The notes under the pieces: generated by a model
What the model saw: the letters and a program-made list of their open reading frames with translations, nothing else
What the model was told of the DNA's origin: nothing
Databases searched by the model: none
Part shown: piece by piece, positions 36,191 to 49,960 of the stretch
How the letters are laid out: each line of letters starts with the position of its first letter
How positions within the stretch are numbered: position 1 is the stretch's first letter
NCBI RefSeq assembly: GCF_006345805.1
Contig: NC_043002.1
Coordinates: 86,428,001-86,492,000 of the forward strand
Direction of reading: 5' to 3'
Origin: Octopus sinensis
Lineage: Eukaryota
Length of the DNA stretch: 64,000 bases
Position numbers and translations under genes: made by a program

Positions 36191-38329
36191 GGAACTAGAT
36201 CATTGACATACAAGAATACAATAATTACAATAATTTTATGTTTTCATTATTCAGTGTGGATGTACATATAGATAATCTGGTTGTACATAGTGTCTGAAGA
36301 AGAAAAACCTTTCACAATTCTTCTATAGCAAATCAAGGATCAGTTAGCTAAGTGGGATTCATTCCTCACCTGGTTAGTTGATGATGGTGATCAAATATTG
36401 CAGTTCTAGAGGGAGATAGTTATTCTCAATATGAAGAAAGGTAGAAATTCTGCTGTTTACCAAATGTAAATTTTGGGTGCATAAGAGATGCAATGGGATT
36501 ACAACCAGGCTGACTGAGAAGAGAAACTTTGTATGTAGCAAATGCACAAATGTAGTTAGCAATAAGTTCTTGCATTTAAAGGAGTTCCTAAGTATTTAAT
36601 AATTGCTGCTGCTACCAATATCACCACCAACAACAATAACAGCATGACCACTGCTACCACAACCATCTGCAGTTTCATGCTATCATTAATTGTAGACTAA
36701 TTTTCTATAGACTGTCAAGGGTAAATTTTAAGTTAGTAGAATAAGTTTGTGCCTCAAAGTTAAAATAAATGAATCTTCCTTCCAAATACTTGCCTCTCTA
36801 AGTTGAGAATTGATTAACATTATGGCACGAATTTTATTTAACTCGGAATATATATTCTCTTCAATACATTCTATCTTGTTAGCATTAACAATTAAAGCTT
36901 TAATATAAGCCTTACGGTTATTTTCAATTCTTGCATTCCATTGAGCCTGAACAAATAAGAAAATGTCAGAGCATTAACATCATCTCTTCTTAATCATAAT
37001 CTATGCAATGAAGGCAACACTTTAACTCTCAAACAAATAGAAAATGTAACAAAACTCAGTATTTCATGATTCTGAAATATATTATTCTTGTTAAAAGGGG
37101 CAACAGATGGCAGAATTGGCAAAGAGCCCAACAAAAAGCATTAATGTATTTGGTTACCTCCTTTTACATTCTGAGTTCATTCCCCAGGATGATATATTGA
37201 CTCTGTCATGATATGAACTTAGAAATATGTAGCATTTAAGTACCAGTGGCAGAGTTGGTTTGGATCAACTCTATTCCTGAAAGAAATATGGCTATATGCC
37301 AACATTATTGAAAGGTAATGAAATACCATTGATCATAGCATACAGGATTGAATACTGTTAAGTATTTAGTTCTGTTCCTTAACATTGAAGTTAGAAAGGG
37401 ACAGTGCAAGGACTGTGAAGAGGAAGAAGGAATGGTCCAATGCCTGAAAAAGAATCAACTTTGTATTGCCTTCAAAGTCAACAAAACACACAGGGTAACT
37501 CAATCAACAGTACTTATACAAGTACTTCTGCTCCTTCCTATCATCCACTATGTAATAAAAAAGAGAGTACACATAACAAGTTTCATACAGAATTTTTTCC
37601 ATTGAGAGAGTTAGAATCTAAAGAATACTTTGACATTTGAATGAAATTAAAAGCATTTTAATTTCAATTCTGACTTCAGTTGCAATATTTTTTTTCCATT
37701 TCTTAATTCAATGCCTATAAAAGAGTCAACTTTGCACTTTCTCAACAAAACACAGGGCAATTCAATCAACTGTACTCATTCCCTACAAATTAGTTGGCAA
37801 TGTGTCTAGTTAAGAATAATTTTTTTAGCAATGTCATGTTTCCAAAGGTTTAGTTTAAAGACCCACTTGTGTCACATTCCTGTTTAATCCCACAGCACAA
37901 CACTGGGAAAATGTCTTCTACCAAAGATTCAGGTCAATCAAAGCCTTGTGAATGGAATTCAATAGCTAAATTTGGTTAGTTATGCTTAAAATATGAAAGT
38001 TCATCAAGATACATTTTATGAAAAGAGAATCTGAGCCAATGAGGGAGCCTTTATGCTAACACTAAAAATAGTAGCCCAATTATATGAAGTTTAAACAGAA
38101 ATTATGTGAAGTCCATTGGACGAATTGTTCTTCAAGAGTAAACTTGATTCACTACCTAGTTTAACACCACTGCCTTGCTGTTGTTTGCTTTTAGAAGAGT
38201 TCACTCTTTTGGAAGAGTCAGGACAGGATTTCCAGTCTGAGGATAATTATCTTCCTTTTTTTTTCTACTAGAGCAAGGGACCCTTAAAAAGGTTCATGAA
38301 CCATTTAACTTTCTCCCCCTAACTATGCT

Positions 38330-40052
38330 ATTAACTTTGTGGTAACGGTTTTCTTTTTCATCAAGCAACTAGGTTGCACTGACGGTAATCATCTCAGCTG
38401 AGATCAGCAATTGGTGCACAACAATGGTTCGGTGAATATTTATATCAACTGCTTTAACCAGTTTACGGTAGTAATTCATTCAGTTGCCTGTGTGCAGTAA
38501 TGGTAATTGTGCTGATTGAGGTCGGCACTCAAGCTCTGAGATAATGTTTGGCATATATTTACGTCAACTGCTTTAGTGGAAGTACTATTCATTTACCTAA
38601 ACTATATCCTTATGCAGGATGCTCTTGTGGTATTATTCCTGAATAAGGTCACTCAATAGCACAAGTCAGATCAACTTCATGTATTTACAATCACGTGAAT
38701 TCAAAAATTGACTTTAGTGTGGTAGAGTTCAAAACAGAGCACCATACACAGTAGCATATCACATTGTGAACAATGGCATCAAGTTTTCTTATGTTTCTCT
38801 TTTGCTTTACATACTGTGCATCTCTTTGAAGCACTTGTCTTCTTGGAAGTGGGGGGAAACAGTCATAGAAAATGTCCACATCCCTTCACCATGCAGTGAG
38901 GAGAGAGTCCAGTTTGGGGACATCCACACATTCTGTACTTTGGCAGGTCTGATGCTTTGATCATTTCATGGAACAATAGATTCCTGAATGTCAATCCATC
39001 CCCCACACCACCAAGCATCTGCCAAAAATCACAACACACATATCAACTATAAGCAATAAACTTTTTTTTGTATCATTTCACAAATTTTCTCACCGATTTG
39101 TGTGTCATTGCCAGCTGATCTGAGTGATCAACCCTGCCCATCCCTTCATTGTATGGAAACATCGTGGCATCATTTTCGGAAAGAAAGATGTTAACATAGT
39201 TGAATCCCAATTCCAATATGATGCCAGGTTCAGTTTCTTCATGATGTCCATCAGTATCAACAGTGCAAGCAGGACTTTGATTTCATCCCGTGCGGTTGGA
39301 AACCAATCGCTGTCATGTCTGGGTCTGACATTCTGGGGATGGTTTTTAGCATAGTCATTCATTTCATCCACTATATATTGGAACATTTCATCAATCAAAA
39401 ACTTGTGGAAGATTTCCAATAGCTAACTTCCATGTTCAAGTTTTGCCTTTATGCCAGACGTACCAGTAAACCCATGCTGTCAGACAAAATTGTCTCAAAC
39501 TCGCCACACGACATTCTGTTGTCCAGGATCATTCACTGCCACTTGCCAGTACCTTTGATTCACCAGAATATCATCATTGTTATTGGAATCATCTGATTCT
39601 GAACTAGAAAAATACTCACTCTCTGAGTCATCGTCTGAACCAGATGAAACAACTGGTGAAGTGGTGGAGCTTGGTGTAGCTTGGCACAACAATCACAAAT
39701 TTGATGAAACAGAATGTGACAATGATGTTGGCAGAGCCAGAGTGGCAGGACCAGCCTATTGGGTTGTAGATATTTACATGAAACATTTAACTGGCCTATC
39801 AGTTGGATGGTGACAGGTACTAACTCAGGCAACAGGTTCTAAGTCAGGTGGCGTATAATTACGTCAACCAATTTAAAGCATGTACATTGTGAACATAAAT
39901 TTACGTCAACCATTTTAAAAGGGCTAAAACACACAGAATAAATAATGACTTTATAATTCCATTTGAGTCTTTCATCAGTTATGATTATTTTGACAAATAA
40001 ATTAAAAATAACTGTATTATCTGCAAGAACAGGTTGACATCTTTGCAATTAA
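38330..40052 (-). mobile_element. piggyBac (PGBD4-like) remnant with deleted catalytic core
   Basis: Acidic N-terminus (SDDDSESEY), FLIDEMFQYIVDEMNDYA..EIKVLLALLILM..SYW, and C-terminal RCTVC..CHCSQCDMLLC..CFELYH Cys-rich domain; TIRs not clearly seen, boundaries approximate. Confidence 0.75.
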
Positions 40053-40630
40053 AAGGCTTTGACTGTTTCAATCAATTCTAACTCTGGAACTAAAGCAGTA
40101 ATTCTTATGAATTCACTATTGCAAGAGGTCAGTATGGAAATCATAGACTGGGTATAAACCTTTTGTATTTGATTACTTGCACTTAAAATACAAAAGCTCA
40201 TTAGGGCACACTCTACATAAAAGAAATCATAGTTAATGAGTAAACCTGTACACTTGCTAAAAATGGCAGCCAATTTTTTCTCAAATCACACCCCATCATG
40301 ATAAAAGCAGAAGGACACATTAATCCTGTAGTCCTAGATATATACAATTCTTAAAAATAAATGGGATAGTCATGGCTGAAGTGCTTTTGACCATAGGCTT
40401 GCTCAATCAGGGCTCTCTGTTTGGGATAAATTACAACAACAACAGCAACCAAATTCATCTCAAGCGAGACACTGTCATCATATGAAAAGGAAAGGCACAT
40501 TGAATAACATAGTACTGTATACACTAAGAATAAAATGGTACAGTTATGACTGGAACAGTTTGATCATTTGATCATAGATCTACTTGATTAGAGCTGACCT
40601 GGGGTTAAACTAACAACAACCAAGTAAATT

Positions 40631-40858
40631 TTAACCTTTTAGTATTTAAACTGTCCATGTCCAGCCAAAATATTCTACCTGTTTTATGTTCAAGCCAGCT
40701 AGATCTGGTTGTCCACACACACCTTACAATGTCATTCTAAAAAGAAACAAGCACATCATTGAAATCCTGATCTATGAGAGAATGTGGGATTAATTCAAAA
40801 CAATGTGAATAAATAAGCAATACCTTTGACAGAGTAAGCTTGAATGCTAAATGGTTAA
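40631..40858. mobile_element. TTAA-type ~220-bp MITE
   Basis: TTAACCTTTTAGTATT...AATGCTAAATGGTTAA. Confidence 0.78.
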
Positions 40859-40915
40859 TGTAGATTCATTCATAAAATACACACAGCAAACAAAACCACA
40901 AATTCATACAGTCAT

Positions 40916-41098
40916 AGGTGCATGAGTGGCTGTGTGGTAAGTAGCTTGCTTACCAACCACATGGTTCCGGGTTCGGTCCCACTGCGTGGCACCTTGGGAA
41001 AGTGTTTTCTACTATAGCCTTGGGTCAACCAAAGCCTTGTGAGTGGATTTGGTAGACTGAAAATGAAACAGGCCCATCGTATATGTGTGTGTGTGTGT

Positions 41099-41139
<41 letters not shown>

Positions 41140-41357
41140 ATGTGTGTGTGTGTGTTTGTCCCCCCACCATCACTTGACAACCGATGTTGGTGTGTTTATG
41201 TCCCCGTAACTTAGCGGTTCAGCAAAAGAGACTGGTAGAATAAGTACTAGGCTTATAAAAGAAGAAGTCCTTGGGTCGATTTGTTTGACTTACAAAAGGT
41301 GCTGCTCCAGCATGGCCACAGTCTCAAATGACTGAAACAAGTAAAAGAATAAAAGAA
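40916..41357 (+). mobile_element. SINE family A
   Basis: Complete head, core, (TG)n and GTAAAAGAATAAAAGA tail. Confidence 0.88.
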
Positions 41358-41991
41358 AGTCACATGAACTCTCTCACACACAAATACTTCGATATAAATG
41401 GATGCAATTTCATGTGGACGCAGGCAAAGCCATGTGGCTGAAAAGTTTTCAACCACATATTTCTAGTGTCAGTCCGGTTGTGTGACACTGTGAGTTGTCT
41501 TCTACACAGTAGTGGAGGAAGAGGAGTCTGTCCCTGGTGATGCTTTTATTGGTGGGGGATATTCTTAGATCTGCTGTATCAGTCTGTATATGTGGGGGAT
41601 GGGCAGGGGGGCACAGACTCTAGTTATGCCATGGCTTCTACTGTAGTCTCAGGTTGATTAATGCCTTGCAAGTGGAATTTGGTAGAGGTACAACAAATCA
41701 ATAAGAAAACTTCTACATGGTTGCTTGACTTGCTAGAAATAACAGCCACAAATTCCTTCAAGTCACACCCGACCATCTTAGAAAAGAATACATTAATTAA
41801 AAAGGCCTAAGATTCCTTACTGTGAAAAATAAGTGCAAATGATCAGAGCTGGAATGTCTTTGATGAGATATGAGAGTGAAGAACAACAACAATAACCCTT
41901 TGATAAAATCAAATAAAAGTACACAGACACGTATACGATTTACTAACTCACACAACTATGAATAGAAGAAAATCTAAAATAAGGTAAATAC

Positions 41992-42071
41992 CAATTTCTT
42001 TTTTTTACTTTCAAGATTTCTTGCAGCAAATTTTACTTCATCTTCTATAATTGCTTCTTTCTGACTTATGT
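41992..42071 (-). CDS. Gene 2, exon f, 80 nt, phase 1->0
   Basis: gtttctcttgcag|AC...TTG|gtattt; ISQKEAIIEDEVKFAARNLESKKKKL. Confidence 0.83.
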
Positions 42072-42608
42072 CTGCAAGAGAAACAATAAACTTAACTTTG
42101 ACAGGCAGATGTGGAATTATCTAAACTAAGAAGGCTTTCACATGGTCTCTAGTTTTGATTCCTCTGCATGGCACCTTGGGAAAATGCTTTCTTCTATAGG
42201 CTTAGGTTAACCAGTACTTTATGATTGAAATTTTAATAGGCAGAAACTTTATTGAAACTCTTCATATATCATCATAATCATCATCATCATTTTAACCTCC
42301 ACTGTTTGACACCTACTGCTTAACACCCACTTTTCCATCCTGGCATGGATTGAATTGAATTTGTTGTTGAAATAGAAATTGTATTTCAACAAATTCCATC
42401 CAACCCATGCCAGCTTGGAAAAGTGGACATTAAAATGATGATAATGATGAAGATGACGACGATGACAATGACAATGATGATGATGATGATGATGACGAAG
42501 AGGAAGAGGACGAGGATGACAATGATGAGAAAGAAGACAATGAGGAGGAAGGTGGCTATGTGTGTAGGTATGTATGTAAGTATGTAGATAGGTAGGTACA
42601 TACATACA

Positions 42609-42642
<34 letters not shown>

Positions 42643-42702
42643 CATATATACATGCATACATACATGCATGCATACATACATACATACATACATACATACA
42701 TA

Positions 42703-43769
42703 CACAGACATGCAGGAAGTAAATAGACACCTTTAATTTTCAAAATTTCTGATCTAAGCGTCTTAATATGTTTTCAGCGGTGTAGAATTTACAACGTAAT
42801 TATTCTTTTTCATTCCAGGTGCCATTATATTAAACATTTGCGAAGAGTAACCATGCCACACACAAAAAATTCAGTAGAACTCAGATTTTCAAAGGGGTTG
42901 TATTTTTGGGCAATCTGAGGCTGGTCTTAGCCAGTGAAAAATTGCTGAAAATCTTCAAATTCCTCTTGCTACTGTTAATAGAATTATAGTGCAAATCAAA
43001 AGCCAAGAAAAAGAATCAACAGATTCTTGTCCCAGCTGATATGGGCCCCCGGAAAGGAAGCTTCACTGTTTGAAGAGAATTGTGGAAAATAATCCCCATT
43101 CAAAGGCTTTTGACATTGCAAAACAGCTAGAAGTTAGTCCAAGAACATGTGTAACATATCTGCATAAGCTTAGGTATTATGGGCAAGCAGAGAGAAGAAA
43201 ACCTCTCTTTCAACCAATTAATATCATGAAAAGAAAAAAATGGGCTAAGGAGATGTCAGAAAAATCCAGTTCATTTTGGGATAGCGTGATTTTCTCAGAT
43301 GAATCCAGATTTGTATTATTTTCAGACAGTGGACGTGTTTGGGTCTGGAGGCTTCCCAATCAAGAATCTGATTTGAAATGACTCCAACCAACTGTGAAAC
43401 ATGGTGGTATCTCTGTAATGGTATGGGGAGCTGTTAACAGCAATGGTCGTTCTGAGCTGATCGAATGTGTTGGAACCATAAACTCTGAAAAATATATCGA
43501 AGTACTTAAGCATGGACTACTTCCATTGTATTCACGTGATTGTTTCAATTGTTGTGTGAAAAGTGGGCAGAAATTCCACAAGAGACACTCACAAAGTTCA
43601 TTAGTTCAATGCCAAAAAGAGTTTCTGAATTAAAAACTGCAAAGGAAATGTCAACAAAATACTAAAGTATGTAGCCCTACCTATCGATTACATATCAAAT
43701 GTTTGCTTTGCGTGTTAAATAAAAGATTTTGAAAATTAAAGGTGTCTATTTACTTCCTGCATGTCTGTG
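42703..43769 (+). mobile_element. Tc1-type transposon, internally deleted
   Basis: Perfect 44-bp TIRs CACAGACATGCAGGAAGTAAATAGACACCTTTAATTTTCAAAAT; TA TSDs; HTH region, [20 protein letters not shown]; the second D/E region is missing. Confidence 0.92.
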
Positions 43770-43892
43770 TACATTCCCTATTCTCAACACTTTTTACAAG
43801 CTGTTTGCATTCCATCATTAAAAAAAAATTGTACAAATGTTTGTTATACAAACTAGACCACCTGTCCACACTCTTTCTCATTTCCTACTTAC

Positions 43893-44031
43893 ATGTGAAC
43901 ATTTTTGATGATGTGTTATATAATTTTTCTACTTTATAGTGTTTGACCTGGAGGCGTTTGAAACTGGGAATCCTTTTCAATACAACCTTCATTACATTTT
44001 CTTTGGTCTCTTCAATTTCATCAATACCAGC
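43893..44031 (-). CDS. Gene 2, exon e, 139 nt, phase 0->1
   Basis: aaatgcag|GCT...ACAT|gtaagt; AGIDEIEETKENVMKVVLKRIPSFKRLQVKHYKVEKLYNTSSKMFT(Y). Confidence 0.85.
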
Positions 44032-44086
44032 CTGCATTTAATATATAACAAAAAATGATATATATATTGTGTGTGTGTGTGTGTGT

Positions 44087-44124
<38 letters not shown>

Positions 44125-44929
44125 TGCATGCACATGTGTGCATGCACAGACACACACACAAATGTAACATTAACGGCATAAATTTAGGGATCAGAAAAGA
44201 ACAAATGACTCAATGACAGGATTTGAATCCTGTATTTTTCTGCTGTGAAGTGACCCTGATGTTGTTTATACAACAGAGAACCCGCCAATCCATCCTCTCA
44301 GATTAGGTTTATCCCTTATCCCCTTTGTTTATCAATAAATGCTGCTAATGCCTCTTAAGTGACAAAAATATATCACACAAAGGTGCTGTGAACTAAAAGT
44401 TGCAGAAATGTTTTACACCAGATTTTTATATTATTTATCTGTTAGAGCTTTCCTCTTACAAAAAAAACCCCAAAAAAACAATATCCCATAACGCTTTTAC
44501 TGTAAAGTAATAGTACCAACATTTGGGATATTGAACTGGACTGTAGAGGAAATCTGCTCTGGTAATATTTAAAACCATCGAAATCTTGACATCAAGGCAA
44601 AACTTTTTCGAGAAGAATGAAAAAGCCTTGTACATCTACCCAATCTGCTGAACAAACTTATCTCAGCAATAACCTGTTGGAGAACGGCTCTAGATCACTT
44701 AAAGTAATTACACATGAGTATGTTTCCAAGGAACTTGCAAGTGATACTAATATCAAAAGGAAATGTAGCTATATTAGACTTGCAGTTATTTCATCATGCC
44801 ACATTTCAAGAGTTATGCTTTTGCTATCCCACTTAATCCATTGTTCAGTTTAGCACCACGCACACATGTATGTGTATGATATTTAACAGTACAATGTACA
44901 ATGAACATGCACACACACACACACATATC

Positions 44930-45125
44930 TACATACATACGTACGTAGATACATACATACATACATGCATGCATGCGTGCATACATACATACATACATAC
45001 ATACATACATGCATGCATGCATGCATACATACATACATACATACATACATACATACATACATACATACATACATACATACATACATACATACATACATAC
45101 ATGGTAGCATGCATGTATGTATGTA
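44930..45125. repeat. (CATA)n/(CATG)n microsatellite
   Basis: Tetranucleotide tract. Confidence 0.95.
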
Positions 45126-45299
45126 TGAATAAACTTTTGAAGAAGGTCACCTTGTGCATGGAAACCTGAAGGGCTGGCCTCAGATACTCTATCATCAGAA
45201 CCTCAACAAGAACATCAAATGCTGAAGGTGTGAAACATGTAACCATGTGCTCTTTTCCAAGGTTGCCAACCCTCTGAAGTCTCATGAAAGATCAATTGT

Positions 45300-45590
45300 A
45301 TGCAATGTCCTACCTATAGACTGGATGATTCAACATGTAAAATGGGTGAAAAGAATGGCAAGTCAATTTCAGATCTGAAAAGACATATAGCAGTTCACAG
45401 GGATCATGTCTTGCAAAGTGATCTGATCAATCCAGCGGAAGTTACGGCTTTCATCTATCACTCATGCTTCAAACCAAGCAGATCTGCAGTGGGACTGAAT
45501 AGTCATCTGATAGGTCATGGACAGAATGTCAGAAATGTCATTGACAATGATGAAGATCAGAGAGTCGGCAATCACCTTTGAAGATAGAGC
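45300..45590 (+). mobile_element. Retroelement-like 3' remnant with two degenerate C2H2 fingers
   Basis: KSISDLKRHIAVH and F..HSCFKPSRSAVGLNSHLIGH; the origin assignment is inference. Confidence 0.45.
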
Positions 45591-45769
45591 AATCACCGCA
45601 TATGGATGAATGTTCTCTTCTATTTTTAATTATTTGAAATATTCCTCTAGAGAAGGAGTTGGTTTCCAACAAAGATACAAGCTAGCTATGTCATTGGAAT
45701 GTAGATAAAAGAACAATGTCACATGCTGAACTTGAGAAAAAGGCTTGCATATTATTTACTATTCTGCTT

Positions 45770-46900
45770 ACAGATTGTATTTGTAATCTGCATGTTAGCT
45801 AGTTGATTTCTTTTTCTGAAAAGCCAAGATGTTCCAGACTGCCCCTTAGGTATTTACTAACAAAACTAAGTGTACCAATTATCATCGGTATGAATATGAA
45901 TTCATAATCTGGATATAGAAGCTGATGGTTTTGAAGTAGTTGCACATAGTTATCCTTTTTCTCTTGGACTTTTGAAGAGATATTCACATCAGTAGAGCAA
46001 CTGACCTTTCTGATTATAAATACTTTTTCTTGTCTGCCCCAAACAATTATATCCAGATGTTTTTATGGGAATGTTCCACCAATACTCCTTGTGTTGATCC
46101 CTATGTATGTATTGAGTAGCTGGAGAATTCTATTCCAGGACAGTCTTTTTTTAAGACATAGTAAATTATTTTAATGACATCATATCACATGTGGAGGTAG
46201 TACCTTGATGATAAATTTGAGCAGCTACTGAACAAACATATGGAATCTTCCACAGAAATGAGAAAGATTTCACACATTTGATACTTCACACTTGTGGCAC
46301 AATCATTAATTTTACTTGCCTCTTTGAGTTCCAAGTGATTCACTATCTCTTTTGTTTATAGGTATTTTGTAGCAATCTTTTGCTGTTCACCATGTGACGT
46401 GATGCAGCATAGCAGTTGTGAGTTCGAGAAAGGCTATACTTCATGGCAGTATTAGGAAACCATGTCTTGATGCTGAGCATTTCACTTCAACATTTTCTTT
46501 GAGGTATACTTTCCAGCTGTATTGGGATTATATGGGAATTCATTAGGAAGGAAGTACTTTCTGAGGAGCTCACTGATATATAAAATGTTATTCTCTCAGC
46601 TTTTAATTTTGATGATGCTATTTAGCAAGTACTGACTGATAGATACTATACAACATCCAAAAGCTGTCCACACTGATAACAAGCCTCTATTTCCGTTGTC
46701 ACCGCTTACGCAGAGCCTGTAGATATTACTGTTTCTGATGAAATTTCCAGTTGATGACAGGATCCTGTAAGTTTTAATATCTATGGAATGAATTTTCTCT
46801 ACAGACCAATTAAGTATCTCAAATGTTGCTATGTGTAAATGGTTGTTTTTATTTTGCGTTATAATCAAACAGTTCTTGTACATTAAACTGAAGGATTACT
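45770..46900 (-). mobile_element. R4/Dong-type (RLE endonuclease) non-LTR remnant
   Basis: FEILNWS..IDIKTYRIL..RLCV..GNRGL (thumb region) and EKKDNY..L..LYPDYEFIFIPMIIGTL (RLE region). Confidence 0.7.
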
Positions 46901-47206
46901 CAATACATTTCGTAGAGCACATACTTATTATAATTTTACACAAGACGTGTGATGACTGATTTTGAAGTTTTGACCTTCAAGCCTTCATTGAACAAGATGA
47001 CTTTCTCCCTTGCAAAAAAAAAAATGAATTGCTAATGACCCAACTGTTTTTATATTTGATTTGTTTTTTGAAAACCCCCAGTTTGTTCTTTACCTATTAT
47101 GATGAGAGTATTCCAATATAATAAATTGTATCTAGATTTAACATCCTACAATATTTCCACATGGGAAGCCAATATTCTGTTGTTTAAATTAGGTTCATTT
47201 ACTTAC

Positions 47207-47338
47207 CTGTTCTTCTATAATATGTGCTGCTGATTCTGTAAGTCTCCTTTTAAAGTCTTCTTTAAACATCTTTATATCATTTCCTAATTTCTCAATAATT
47301 TCACTCATACCAAGGGCTTCCTTTTGAATTCGTTCAGC
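47207..47338 (-). CDS. Gene 2, exon d, 132 nt, phase 0->0
   Basis: catcttcag|GCT...CAG|gtaagt; AERIQKEALGMSEIIEKLGNDIKMFKEDFKRRLTESAAHIIEEQ. Confidence 0.88.
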
Positions 47339-47761
47339 CTGAAGATGTAATTAGAAATTTGGAAATTTAGATACATCACCCTGTCACTAATTGCCCCTTG
47401 TGAACTATGTTTTCTATATTCTTTATACTAACTCAAACCTAAAATGTGATTGATTGATTGATTGATTCTAGTTTCAGCTTATGAGCTGTGGCCATGCTGG
47501 GGCACCGCCATTTGAATCTTAGTATGTTCTTCAGTATTCGTATTAAGAATTAATTCTCTGACTTCGTTTTTTATTTAAATGTAATAATCTCTCTGAATGT
47601 AACAGTCACAAGATTGTTTGTATCCCTAACTAACTCTACTGATACATCTCAGCTTCAGTCTTCACATATCTTCTGGCAGCTGCCTTAAATCTCAAATTTA
47701 ACCACTTAATACCAGTTCCACACGTTTTTGTATTTCTAAGAATGATTCAAAAGATCTAAAT

Positions 47762-48165
47762 AGGCATAGGCATGGCTGTGTGGTAAGAAGTTTGCTTCCC
47801 AACCACATAATTCCAGGTTCAGTCCTACAGCTTGGCTCCTTGAGCAAGTGTCTTCAGACTGACCAAAGCCTTGTGAGTGCATTTGGTAGATAGAAACTAA
47901 AAGTGTGTGTGTGTGTGTGTGTTCATGTGCATGTGTGTGCATGCATGTGTTTGTCTTTGTATATATGTTTGTCCAATACCACCACTTGACAGCTGGAGTT
48001 GGTTTATGTCCTGTACCTTAGTGGTTCACCAAAATAGGCCAATAGAATAAGTACCAGGTTTTAAAATAAGTACTGGGGTCAATCCATTCAACTAAAAACC
48101 CTTCAAGGTGGTACCCCAGCATGCTCATAATCCAATGACTAAAACAAATAAAAGAAGGAAAAGAA
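47762..48165 (+). mobile_element. SINE family A, decayed
   Basis: GGCTGTGTGGTAAG head, AAAGCCTTGTGAGTG core, tail. Confidence 0.75.
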
Positions 48166-48224
48166 GATAATAGCTTGCAAGTGACCCCCACAAAAGCAGG
48201 CTGATAATACCCCCACATCACTAC

Positions 48225-48430
48225 CACTGGGATTCCCTAAACTATATCATGGAGAATCCAAGAAAATCCAGGCCCCTACATTAATGGGACCAATCGTTGT
48301 AAATTATGCATTGCAAAATGGGTGAGGATCCTAAAGGACTCCCTCAGCCCAAGGAACATCCTGAACTCCAGAACAGAGGCCTTTGGGCCATGCTTACATT
48401 TCAGGAAATTCCTGCTAACCTATTAGAACC
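48225..48430 (+). mobile_element. Penelope-like endonuclease C-terminal remnant
   Basis: PYINGTNRCKLC..LNSRTE..CLHFRKFLL matches the PLE C-terminal pattern (PY..RCxLC..LNxRxE..CRH). Confidence 0.65.
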
Positions 48431-48549
48431 CATGGGATAACAGGGCCACCAGTGATCGATAGCCAAAGAAATACAATCCCCTTTGTTGACATTGAGTAAT
48501 GGGGTACTTTCCTCTTCCATATTCTAGAGAGGCCATTCACTAGAGAGGC

Positions 48550-49960
48550 CCTTAGCCAACAGGTTTTGGGATCTTATGATATGCCATATAGCTAAGCCCT
48601 TTATGAATATACACTTGATAGTAAATTAGCTTCTTCTCTAATTTATTAGAACCAAAGAAGCAACTACCCAAAACTGCTCTCCTTGATATATCCTTCCACA
48701 TACCTAACAGAACTACACAACCAAAAACCACTGTATCAAATCTCACTAACAGTCCTTTTACAGCTGTGAGAAGTTCACCCACTAGAATATTAAAAAAAAA
48801 GCATTAGCAAAATATAAGTTGTCTTTATTCACAAAATACCTTGCAGGCTCATTGTTTCTCCCAAATTACCATCACACATTTTGGTCACTTATCAAAAAAT
48901 CTTCAAATCAACTTCTCTTAACTAAGATGGCTCTACAGATAGAGTCATGCTATAACATTTGCTATCTGTTTTGCCACCACTCTGCTCATTCACATTTAAA
49001 AATATATCTCAGATTCATTCTCTTTCATTCACTATATCATCAAAGCAAAATCTTCTTTTAACTCAATAAAATAACTAGCCCTGATTTTTTTTCCTCTTCT
49101 ATCAACCTTAAACAGCTTGCTTGCAAGATGGATGCTATCCTCATTTTGACTTCTAACTACTTCTCTCTCAACTTGTGCCAACTACAATTAAATGGAAACA
49201 GTATCTTAAATCTTATAAAAGAGTAACTTGCTAATTTCACTTCCAAAGAGTGATGGAACCAGACATAAGAACCACCTCTTGTGTCATATTGAATTTCTTT
49301 ATATATGCCACATCAATCACATTAACCACATCAATCATATCAACAAAAGCAATGATGTCAGCCTTATCAACAACATCAACACAAAATACATCAGCCACAT
49401 CAACAACATTCCCATCAATCACATCAGTCTGGGAGAGCCTGTAATGGTCCCAAAACTATAAAAATATATTATTTTCATTAGATTTTTATCACCAAAATGT
49501 TCAACATAATCAATTCAATTACAAAATATTGCCTACTGCAATTTGAATTATATTCCTCTCATAGTTGATTTCAATATGGCTTCTTAAAAATAAGTTTTGA
49601 ACACTTATTTTCCTGTATCACAGCAAGTCTTCAACTGCATAAAAGTCATAGTAAAAGCAAGACTGTCAAATCAATATTAGCAAAGGCTTTGATAAATTAT
49701 GCAACACAAATTTCTAGGTCAATTCACTTCCTATTGCTTATGGTCATGTTCCAGACAAATTACTTGAACCTAATTATGCTTTCTCTAATAGACAGCTCAT
49801 TCTTAAACCTATAAATACTATCATTTGTTGAAAATTATTAATTCTATCTTTTATCTGTTCCTTACATATAACCACCACCTAGTCCATTTGAGTAAAGGGT
49901 TAACATTTTACACTGCATCAACGTTTTGCAGCGTCTTTAGAAGAGATACTAGTTTTATTG
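48550..49960 (-). mobile_element. Highly decayed non-LTR RT remnant (L1/Tx1-like?)
   Basis: ICVA*FIKAFANID resembles the xDFxKAFD motif; otherwise heavily degenerate. Confidence 0.3.

Noticed and set aside
44813-45285. Numerous 60-130 aa ORFs with MYVC/YIYI/HTHT repeats across the window
   Set aside because: Translations of di- and tetranucleotide microsatellites, not proteins.
49237-49444. Repetitive N/H/I-rich and D/V-rich ORFs
   Set aside because: They arise from a degenerate (CAT/CAA) simple repeat; no splice signals or homology support.
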